Translations under genes and position numbers: made by a program
Origin: Takakia lepidozioides
Taxonomy: Eukaryota > Plantae > Bryophyta
Reading direction: 5' to 3'
Length of the DNA: 45,739 bases
Assembly (NCBI GenBank): GCA_030704615.1
Contig: JAKLZA010000012.1
Location: forward strand, 1 to 45,739
Notes under the pieces: generated by a model
Databases searched by the model: none
What the model was told of the DNA's origin: nothing
What the model saw: the letters and a program-made list of their open reading frames with translations, nothing else
Part shown: piece by piece, positions 37,026 through 45,739 of the stretch
Position numbering within the stretch: the stretch's first letter is position 1
Layout of the letters: the number at the start of each line of letters is the position of its first letter

Positions 37026-37088
37026 CTGAGTCTCAAGAAGATAGTGAGCAGGTTGTGTATCATAGACTTTCCTCGATACGCGCTGCCT
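37026..37088 (-). CDS. Upstream transposase exon, interrupted by Gypsy copy C
   Basis: RQRVSRKVYDTQPAHYLLETQ|GTAAG splices in phase 0 to TGCAG|ACT (TAFFLRFK...). Intron 36186-37025. Confidence 0.75.
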
Positions 37089-38212
37089 TGTCGCGCGGCT
37101 TTTACTCACCCATCCCTTCGCTATCCGAGGCGGAAACTCCAAGATAGAAGAGTTGGAAATCTCTAAGTACTCAGCCCGCGCAGAACAATCAGTCATGACC
37201 TACAGCTAGTGTATCATGGGGGTGTTTCCTATTTGTTTCCTTTTCCGCATTCATCTTAGCTACCTTACCATTGATAATTAAGTATCAGTTTGCTTCATCA
37301 ATTTATCGGTTTCCTTCACTCCTCCATTCAATCCACAGCTTCACTCAGATCTCTCTACACAGTGTGATTGTATCGTATAAGTATCAGATTATGATTTATC
37401 AGGTATCAGGCCGAAGCCATTATGTCTCTAATCTTCTTTCCTATATCACTACAGCTTTGCATATAACAAGCATCTACTAATCCTCTTTTCTCCTTCATCG
37501 TGCTCTCCGATCTCCGCTCCCGCCTGACTCCGAAGTCCTCCCCGAATAATCATAATCCTTCTTCATTCCCCGTTTCTCCCTTTATCCTCCTATCCGCGGT
37601 TCTAACCGTTTCCCTCTCTAACCGTCGTATGTGAATAACATGTTCCCTTCACAGGTGTTGTTCCCCACAGTCGTTCCCTGTCCTACTCTTCGTTCCCTAT
37701 TATCGTGACAGCTGTGTCAAGCGGTGACTGGCTGTGTTTGCTGTGTCGGCTGTGCCGGGCTGTGACTGGCTGTGTGGGCTGTGTCTGCTGTGACACTGTG
37801 ACGGCTGTGTGGGCTGTGTGGGCTGTGACGACTGTGACGGCTGTGTGGGCTGTGACGGCTGTGTGGGCTGTGTGGCTGTGACGACTGTGACGGCTTGTGT
37901 CGGCTGTGTCGGCTGTGTGGGCTGTGTGGGCTGTGACGACTGTGACGGGCTGTGTGGGCTGTGTGGGCTGTGACGACTGTGACGGCTGTGTGGGCTGTGT
38001 GGGCTGTGACGGCTGTGTGGGCTGTGACGACTGTGACGGGCTGTGTTGGCTGTGTGGGCTGTGACTGCTGTGTCGGCTGTGTGGGCTATGTAACCCCCTC
38101 TACAGTGCGCTGCTGTCACCCCTAAGGTTCCTGTTTGTCTCAGTCTGTGCAAAAATTAAGGGTACCCTACAGATCCCGTATAAGTGTCTAAGTCCCCTAC
38201 AGTCCTCTAACA
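37089..38212 (-). repeat. 3' LTR of copy C
   Basis: TG...CA. Ends match the A and B LTRs, the middle has diverged, and the CTGTG array is expanded (~37705-38092). Confidence 0.93.
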
Positions 38213-38228
38213 TTACCCCTTCCCCCTC
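38213..38228 (-). other. Polypurine tract of copy C
   Basis: Minus strand GAGGGGGAAGGGG-TAA before the LTR TG. Confidence 0.85.
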
Positions 38229-38249
38229 AAAAAGCCGTGTCCTCACGGT

Positions 38250-41200
38250 TTACTGTTTCCGAGTAGCAACCCTTTGTGAGTGAGCACCTTGTTGACGTTG
38301 AGAGTTTCGTGGCGGGCTGTGTGTACGAGCCCGAGGTCTGTCTCTGGTTGATGGAGATGGTTGATCACTACCTGGATAAGTGAGGCCTTCTGGAGGCTGA
38401 TATCGAGGTAATCTTTCCGGCATAGGAGATCCCCTTTGTTTCTTCTCTTCCATCTGAATTGCATAGTCTTCTCCCATGTCAAAAGAATTCTGTGAAGAAA
38501 CAGTTGTATCAGAATCCTCATCGCCTCTCAGGTGTTTTAATTTTCGAACTTTTTGTGGAATCATCTGGGGCATACAATGCTGTCCTACCATGTCTGGAAG
38601 TTTGCATTTTACAACCTGGTGTAACCGTTGAACAGCAAAATTGGTGTAGACACTGAGCTCCTTGTCTGTCCAGATGAGTGGGGTACCAATTACTGGTGCA
38701 GCGTGCAAGTATTTCCATGCGATATGTCCCTTATAGAAAATGTCATCAAGTCCGAATTTCTGTGTTGACAAATTGTTGCAGGCTGCTTGAAACCATGAAC
38801 GAATTTGAGAATCCTTCTGTATCATAACTTTTGGGTCATATAGGTACATATGAGGTGGCACCGAAGGTAATACCCAATGATCTCCACTGGAGTAACTTTG
38901 AAAGCGTGCTTGCATCTTTTGTTGCTCAATGTGGTAACGTATCAGAAAACAAGCAGCGTAGTATAGCCCGCACCCCATGACAATACTTGCTATCTCCTTG
39001 GTCTTGGTATAAATGAGTCCATGTACAACCTGGAAAGCAACCAATTCCCTCAACATGGTACCTGCCTCGTGCCAGTATTGTGCAAAGTGATGATCTTCAA
39101 TATGTCGATTGTTTGGAAGAACTTTAGTCCTGGTTGCCACTGGCAGCCAAATACGCATGATTTGGTAGTAATGTGCGAATGACTGCGGAGGACTAAATTC
39201 TTTCCAAGCCAAATCCAACATGATGGGAATTTGGTTGAAGGGCATAATCATAGCCCTACTGTACTCCCTGGCAGCTGGAGTTTTAGGTGGGTTAAAAGCT
39301 GCATTGCCCCATACCTCCGGCTGTGGTGGCTGTGGTGTGGTTGTAGTAACCACAGGTTCAGCTACTGGTACACTGACCTGTTGTGGTGGTGGTGGTACTG
39401 GTTCCTGTACCATTGGCATCTCCTGCACCTCCTGTGAAGACTGAAAAGCCAGAGTTCTGGCTTGCAAATAAGAAGCCATTAGCTGTTCCTGAGGGATATA
39501 GACTCTTTGGTCGATGTTTGAAGTGAGGTCTTCCACTTGAGTCTGGAGTCCGTCTACATCCTCTTGTAACTCTGCTATCCTACTATAGACATTGTCTATA
39601 GTAGTTGTGGCAATGTTCTGCACCTGCAGTCTGAGCTCATTCATCTCGCTTTGGGTGAGCTTCCGTGGGCTTTTGCCCTCTACTGGCCCTTGTGCTAACC
39701 AGACCTGCATAAGGCTGTTATCCACCAAGCTGCTTGTGGTTCCCCTGAGAGTTTGCTCCTCTCTTAGCTTGTACAATTCCAACTGCTGTTGTAAAGCCTC
39801 CATGCGCTTCGCCTGTGGCTCAACCAATTGCGCATAGGCAGCAAGTAGATTATTGGCTTCCTTCGAAGCCTTGTTACTGACCGCGATTTCATTTCTATTG
39901 GCCACGATGGTTTGTTGCAACTCCACGATGTATTTCTCTTGCTCAGCTTCCATCTGCCTGTATTGCTTGAAAGTATCTTCATTGCGACAGATTGTATTCT
40001 TCATATCGACAATGAGCTTCATGTGCTCCACATTCTCTTCTTCTGCCTTCGTACATTTTTCCGCTTGACTGTTTATTTCTTTTGTTGATTGGTCAAGCAT
40101 AGTTGTAAATGTAGCGCATTGTATCGCCATCCTGTTATGCACTGTCTGCAACTCCGTATGTAGTGCATTCAGTTCTTGCAACTTGCTTTCATGCTGCACC
40201 TGCATTTGGTATAGCTGTTGCTTATGTGCTTCGTGCAACTGGTCTTGCGCGAGGCCTGCCTCAATCAATTGTTGCTTGGCCAATTGCAAAGCCATTTCTG
40301 TATTGGCCAAGTCCTGCTTCATCTTGAGAGTGACCTCTTCATCGACCTTGTTTGCACACTCAGTGGCAAGTCGAGCCTCAAACTCCTTCCTGAGTTCTTC
40401 TTTCAAGGCTGTCAATTGGGTAATTGGAACATGGGTTTTGACATAAGTCCCCAACAAATTAAGTGTCCTGCCTATGGAACTCATCAGCATTGCCTGTTGA
40501 GGGTCATCATGGTGAGGTTGCTGCTGTTCCTCCCGATCTTCAACAGTATGATGTCTCACTAACCATTCAGACCATTGTCCCACCGGATTTTCTTCCTGAA
40601 CTACTTCATTTATGACCGGTGCTACAGTGTCATGGCCTTCCGCCTGTGGTACCTCCGACACAGGTGTGTGCATTATATGTACCTCAGGATTTCTCTTGGG
40701 CAACTGTTGCACCTCTGGGATTTCTGTCTCCTTGACCAGACCAGAATATTCATAGAGAAGGTCCCCTTTCTCTATTTCTGCCACTATCTGTTCTGTAGTT
40801 GGAATATCTATCCCTTCACTTTCCAAATCAATTATTTCGGGTTGAGCTGCATGGATAACTTGTGACCTTGTGACAAGTCGTTCAAGTGGCTGTGTTGGTT
40901 GTGATGCAGAAGTAACTTCTTCCTCCCTCTCTGAAGGTCCTGCTTCCAGTAATAACATTCTTTTGTGCTGCTGTGCCCCTTCCTGGTCATGAGCTTGGGA
41001 AACATTATCATGCGGAATCCGTGAAGCCAGTGGATCCGCCACTACAGTCTTTCCCCTTCTCTGCCTCTTAGTCTCGGGTTGTGCTGCTAGTCCACCCTCA
41101 CTGTGTGAAGAGCCTTGCTCTTCCATTGCAGTTGTTTCTGGCTCAAACACTCCCATTTCCTTCCTTTCTTGTGCATTAAGTATGCCAGAATAAGGATTAT

Positions 41201-42430
41201 TTGAGCAATGATTGGGCCAGACACTATGATAGGAGATTTTGCGGTAGTACCTTGTAATCTTTTCATCTCCTCTACCAGTGCGTTGTACATTATGTCCGCC
41301 CATTGTACCTCTTGTCCCTTCAAGCCTTTGAGGATTTCCTCTGTGAAGGATCTGCTCAAATATTGTTGGTTCTGTTTCAGGGCAATCAGAACGTTCAATA
41401 CTTGGCCTATGTCTTTTAACCCTGGGTACACAGCTTTGGTACAAGCATAACCCTGAGTTTTAAAGAAACTCCCTTCTTGGAATAAATCCCCTATTTGCAG
41501 TCTTTCCCTGTGTTCCTCCACATACACATGACCTGCTGGCAATCGAAACAATTGCTGGAGGTATAGGGGAGTAATCATTAATTCAACTCCCTTCACCGTT
41601 GTTGTTCCTGTCTTTGGCTCAAAGTTCTGCAAAAATTGTAACATGTACTGTCTATGGTGTAGTGTCCAATCCATGCTTTGCAATCCTTCCAATCTCAGCT
41701 CCTTCAGTATCTTTATCGCCTGTGGGGTAGCCATCGTTTGTTTCTGCAGAATTGTGGTGCTCTTCACCCTGATTTCCTCCATTCCTCTCACTCTCTTCAT
41801 CTTAGACTCACAGAACTGCTTTGGCTGTAACAACTGCAGGAATGCCTGTAGTGCACAAAGCAGAAACGTATGGTTGCCGCAGAAAGCTATGGGTAATCTC
41901 TTGTAAGCCTGCGGGGCTTGCAAGCATTGTTCAAGAGAAAAGCTCTGCTCTTTCGTTTCGTGTCTCTGCCATTGCGTAAGTAATATTGCGAGCGTATAGT
42001 CTGTTAGTTCCTCCATAGTTTCCAAGTTATAGCATTTATGGCCTGTCCTGTCGAGACGCCCGTTACTCAGAACGACGCCGCCTCTTGCGCTCAATTTCCC
42101 TCCATTTTCTTGATCATTTCTCTGGTTTTCTATTGGCTGTATCCGCTGTGACTGGATTTTAACTTTTATCTTCTTTAGTGGACTTTCCCTGTTGGATAGT
42201 CCACTAGGATCACACATGCGACATGAATTCAGTTTTTCTGTACTTGCCGTTCGTTCTGTTTCCCTTTTTCCGTATTCATTAATGGGCCCGCCTTTCATCC
42301 CTTTTGACGGCCGTTCTTGTCCTCTTTCTTTTTGACACCTGTCCTTGCACTTCATTCTCTGCTGTGTGTCGCACCCTGACCTCCACGTGTCTATTTTTAA
42401 AGTAATTTCCGTTTCCTCTTCCTCAGCCAT
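38250..42430 (-). CDS. 3' extra ORF of copy C (one 1-nt frameshift near 41191): plant-transposon/mobile-domain-like region, coiled coil, C-terminal helical domain
   Basis: ORFs 41087-42430 and 38250-41444 join if the base present in B (…GAATCAAG…) is restored. VKGVELMITPLYLQQLFRLP…VQWADIMY resembles Transposase_32/PMD-like domains of OTA extra ORFs. Confidence 0.8.
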
Positions 42431-45400
42431 TTTCCTGAAGTTTTATGTGTCCACTTGTCACTGATTCTATGGATCGTGTAACTTTAGTAGGCTGTGTTGA
42501 GCTGTGACAGGCTGTGTCATACTGTGTTACGCTGTGATAGGCTGTGTTGCACTGTGGTAAGCTGTGATAGGCTGTGACACGCTGGGTAGGTTGTGATAGC
42601 TGCTGTGGCTGTGCACGTCGTGACGGGCTGTGATAGGCTGTGTTGCGCCTTGCTGGGCTGTGATAGGCTGTGTCACGTCGTGATGGGCTGTGATAGGCTG
42701 TGTCACGCCGTGATGGGCTGTGATAGGCTGTGTCACGCCGTGATGGGCTGTGATAGGCTGTGTCACGCCGTGATGGGCTGTGATAGGCTGTGTCACGCCG
42801 TGATGGGCTGTGATAGGCTGTGTCACGCCGTGATGGGCTGTGATAGGCTGTGTCACGTTTGTTTTGCCCACCCCGGTCATATATACTGGGCCTAGCGACA
42901 AGTGTTCCATACTCCGTTCGTAACACTGGTGCAGCCCGTGACTGCTCTTGCGGTTCAACATGCAAATCATGCTGCAGGGGTTTGTCATGGATACCACTGT
43001 ACCCCTTCAACTTATTTGCATTGACTCTTCCCAGCATTTCTTTGTTAATGGTTTGTAACATGGCTGTGTTGTTATCATACATCTTTTGTATGACATAAGG
43101 TCCTTTCCATGGTGATTTAAGCTTAGAAGCTTGAATCTTTCCTTTCTTCTGCAACCATAGAACCAAATCCCCCGTCTTAAAAGTCTTTAATTTGCCTTCA
43201 TCAAACTGTTCCTTTCGCTTCATCTGAATTCTGGTCATATTATCAGCTGCATCAGCACGTACTTCTTCCACATGGTATAATTCATGTTTCCTGACCTTGA
43301 TGGAGTCTTGCAATTCCATTCTTTTTCCCCACTCCGTTCTCATGGTAGGTAACAGGAATTCCACTGGAAGTAAGGCTTCCATACCATAAACTAATTGGAA
43401 TGGTGTATACTTAGTGGTGACTTTATATGAAGTCCTGTATGACCACAAAGCTGTCAGCAGCTTTGTATCCCAATCCGTTCTGTTTGCATTGACTATCTTA
43501 GCCAAGATAGTACATAGTATTTTGTTGGTAGCCTCTGCCTGCCCATTACCCTGTGGGTAATATGTTGTACTCTTTCTATGCACAATCATAAACTCTTTAG
43601 TCAATAACTCAATGGTCTCATTCATGAAGTGACTTCCTTGATCACTGATAAATTCTAAGGGACATCCAAATCGTGTAAGTATGTTCTCGTACAGGAACCT
43701 TGCTGTGGACTTGGCTGTGTTGTCCCTCAAAGCTTTAGCTTCCACCCACTTTGTAGTATAATCAGTGGCTGTAATTATGTACCTGTTTCGTGTATTCTTG
43801 GATGGTGGATTAATTGGTCCAACAAAGTCTAGTCCCCATTTCTGAAATGGTTCCGTAGGCATTGTAGGATGCAAGGCCATTCTTCCAGATCTCTGCAAAG
43901 GTCCTAGCCTCTGACATTCATCACACTTCTGACAATACTCATGTACATCTTTGAACAAAGTAGGCCACCAGTATCCTGCGAGTAGTATCTTTCTACTGGT
44001 AGTCTCTTCTCCAAAATGACCTCCAGCCACTCCTTTATGAACTTCCTCCAAGACTTTATTTACTTCATGGTGGTACAAGCATCGTTTTAGTACTCCATCA
44101 GGTCCTAACTTATACATTCTGCTTCCTACCATAGTATAAGGTAAAGCTCTGATAGCAATTCTCTTCCTCTGCTCCTTACCATAACTAGGTGGGCACTGAC
44201 CATGAGCAAGGTAGTATCTGATTGGCCACTGCCAATCTAACCATTCATCTGCACTTCCTTGCACCTCCATTACAAATAAACTCGCATCAGGTAACTGATC
44301 GTCCACTCCTGTGGCGGCCTCTCCTGTTGTTAGTCGTGACAAATGATCTGCCACAAGATGCAAACGGCCAGGCTTGTAAATAACCTCGAACTCAAACTCA
44401 TGCAAGATTATTAACCACCTCGCTATCCTTCCACTTATCAAAGGTTTGTTCACCAGATATATCAGAGCCTGGTGATCCACATAAAACATAAACTTTCTTC
44501 CCAATAGGTAATGCCTGAATTTCTTCACTGCATAGATCATTGCCAATGCTTCTCTTTCCGTTGTGCTATAGTTCCTCTCAGCACTGTTCATCAACCGGCT
44601 AGCATAGTACACAGGTGAATCTATATTCCCTGTAACATTCTGGGCTAACACCGCTCCCAACGCTTCTCCTGATGCATCGCAGTGAACATGAAATACTACA
44701 TGCCAGTGAGGGTTAATCAGCACAGGTGTAGTTGTTACTGACAGTGTAAGTTCCTCAAACGCCTGTTGACATTCAGCTGTCCATGCAAACACTGCATCTT
44801 TCTTCAGAAGCTTGCTCAATGGTGCTGCTATTTGTGCATACCTTTTGACAAATCTTCTGTAATAACTGGTTTGCCCAAGGAATCTCCTTAAACTCTTAAC
44901 ATTCACTGGTGGTGGAGAGGCTTTAATGGACTCTGTCTTCCTGGGATCCACAAGGAGTCCCTTCTTACACACAATGTGTCCCAGAAGCACCCCTGAGTTC
45001 ACACAGAAAGTACACTTCTCTGGATTCAAGCCCAGACCTCTCATCCTGCATCTGGCCAGGCATAACTCCAATTTATGCAAGTGCTCATTCTTAGAGCTGT
45101 ACACACTGAAATCATCCAAAAACACCTGCATGAAATCATCCAGATACTCATGAAAAGATTCACTTATCACTCTCTGAAAGGTCGCTGGTGCATTACAAAG
45201 TCCAAAGGGCATGACTTTGTATGCATAAGCCCCCCAGTCTGTGATGAAAGCTGTTTTCCCTTGGTCTTCTTCTGCCACTTGCACTTGATTATAACCACTG
45301 AAGCCATCCATGAATGAGTACATCTCATGGCCTGCCACAGTGTCTAATACTGCTTCTGTGAATGGCAAAGGGAAAGGATCTTTCTTCGTACAAGCATTCA

Positions 45401-45737
45401 GCTTCTTATAGTTCACACATACTCTTAGTTTGCCATTCTTCTTGGGAACTATAACAATGGGTGACAACCAAGTTGTATACTCTATTGGGTATATAAACTT
45501 AGCCTCAGCCAACTTCTTTATCTCTTCTCCAACCTTCTGTGCGTAGTTGGGATTCATTCTATACCTCGCCTGCTTGATTGGTACTGACCCTGGTTCCAGT
45601 TCAATTTTATGCTGACAGACTTCAGGTGGTATCCCTTTTAGATCCTCATAGCTCCAAGCAAATACATCTCTGTATTTGATGAACAAGCTTTTAGCTTCTT
45701 CGAAGAATTCCGGCTCCAAATCAGCTCCTACTTTCAC
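42423..45737 (-). CDS. pol: pol of copy C: reverse transcriptase, RNase H, integrase with repetitive C-terminal tail
   Basis: 1104 uninterrupted codons with KDPFPLPF, MPFGLCNAPATFQR, FLDD, CDASG, HHCC, DDE and WKGPY motifs. Confidence 0.97.
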   Translation of the reverse strand: MKVGADLEPEFFEEAKSLFIKYRDVFAWSYEDLKGIPPEVCQHKIELEPGSVPIKQARYRMNPNYAQKVGEEIKKLAEAKFIYPIEYTTWLSPIVIVPKKNGKLRVCVNYKKLNACTKKDPFPLPFTEAVLDTVAGHEMYSFMDGFSGYNQVQVAEEDQGKTAFITDWGAYAYKVMPFGLCNAPATFQRVISESFHEYLDDFMQVFLDDFSVYSSKNEHLHKLELCLARCRMRGLGLNPEKCTFCVNSGVLLGHIVCKKGLLVDPRKTESIKASPPPVNVKSLRRFLGQTSYYRRFVKRYAQIAAPLSKLLKKDAVFAWTAECQQAFEELTLSVTTTPVLINPHWHVVFHVHCDASGEALGAVLAQNVTGNIDSPVYYASRLMNSAERNYSTTEREALAMIYAVKKFRHYLLGRKFMFYVDHQALIYLVNKPLISGRIARWLIILHEFEFEVIYKPGRLHLVADHLSRLTTGEAATGVDDQLPDASLFVMEVQGSADEWLDWQWPIRYYLAHGQCPPSYGKEQRKRIAIRALPYTMVGSRMYKLGPDGVLKRCLYHHEVNKVLEEVHKGVAGGHFGEETTSRKILLAGYWWPTLFKDVHEYCQKCDECQRLGPLQRSGRMALHPTMPTEPFQKWGLDFVGPINPPSKNTRNRYIITATDYTTKWVEAKALRDNTAKSTARFLYENILTRFGCPLEFISDQGSHFMNETIELLTKEFMIVHRKSTTYYPQGNGQAEATNKILCTILAKIVNANRTDWDTKLLTALWSYRTSYKVTTKYTPFQLVYGMEALLPVEFLLPTMRTEWGKRMELQDSIKVRKHELYHVEEVRADAADNMTRIQMKRKEQFDEGKLKTFKTGDLVLWLQKKGKIQASKLKSPWKGPYVIQKMYDNNTAMLQTINKEMLGRVNANKLKGYSGIHDKPLQHDLHVEPQEQSRAAPVLRTEYGTLVARPSIYDRGGQNKRDTAYHSPSRRDTAYHSPSRRDTAYHSPSRRDTAYHSPSRRDTAYHSPSRRDTAYHSPSRRDTAYHSPARRNTAYHSPSRRAQPQQLSQPTQRVTAYHSLPQCNTAYHSVTQYDTACHSSTQPTKVTRSIESVTSGHIKLQENG
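42617..42857 (-). repeat. 30-bp tandem repeat (~8 units) encoding DTAYHSPSRR at the integrase C-terminus
   Basis: (TGATAGGCTGTGTCACGCCGTGATGGGCTG)n, built from 10-bp subunits; only ~2 units in copy B (~16430-16470). Confidence 0.92.
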
Positions 45738-45739
45738 CA

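Larger units (their letters stand above)
25238..37088. mobile_element. Putative large Sola2-type DNA transposon carrying a passenger gene (left end inferred; right end outside the window)
   Basis: Copy A ends abruptly at TTAA|GGGTAGAAGC. The region holds a Sola2-like transposase (-) and a convergent RING gene (+) whose introns share AGTCC arrays. The boundary is inference. Confidence 0.5.
37089..45739 (-). mobile_element. Ty3/Gypsy copy C (3' portion; continues beyond the window)
   Basis: 3' LTR 37089-38212, PPT 38213-38228, 3' extra ORF and uninterrupted RT-RH-INT. Expected TSD TGCCT (37084-37088). Confidence 0.95.

Noticed and set aside
37700-38152. ORFs with HS/QPT repeats (also 11637-11894 and 23044-23500)
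   Set aside because: Translations of the LTR CACAGC arrays; frame not conserved between copies.
38250-41444. Calling the 3' ORF a true retroviral envelope gene
   Set aside because: No signal peptide or clear fusion/TM architecture; position alone is not enough.

Overview
Transposon-dense land-plant DNA, probably from a non-seed plant (inferred from the TE types), with nested insertions. (1) 1-8272: first exon of a TIC32-like short-chain dehydrogenase (- strand, 1280-1373); a ~280-bp GC-rich repeat present twice in inverted orientation (1487-1772, 7420-7693) around decayed coding-like DNA; and a 355-bp miniature LTR retrotransposon (2830-3184, TSD CTCTG) whose LTRs each carry a tRNA-like cloverleaf. 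(2) Three copies of one non-chromovirus Ty3/Gypsy family with a tRNA-Arg-type PBS, a 5' extra ORF and a ~1.2-1.4k-aa 3' extra ORF. Copy A (+) starts at 8273 and breaks off at ~25237. Copy B (-, 10992-23406, both LTRs, TSD AAGAC) sits inside A's gag. Copy C (-, 37089 to window end) sits in a transposase exon. (3) ~25238 to at least 37088: a putative large DNA transposon with a spliced, frameshifted Sola2-type DDD transposase (-) and a convergent spliced passenger gene (+) encoding a mobile-domain-like N-terminus, coiled coil, RING-H2 finger and C-terminal NLS. Both genes' introns hold arrays of the same AGTCC motif. The best candidate for an undescribed system is this passenger protein plus motif arrays (a VANC-like anti-silencing architecture), which seems paralleled by the Gypsy 3' ORF plus CACAGC arrays. 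All calls were made by eye; no database searches were run.
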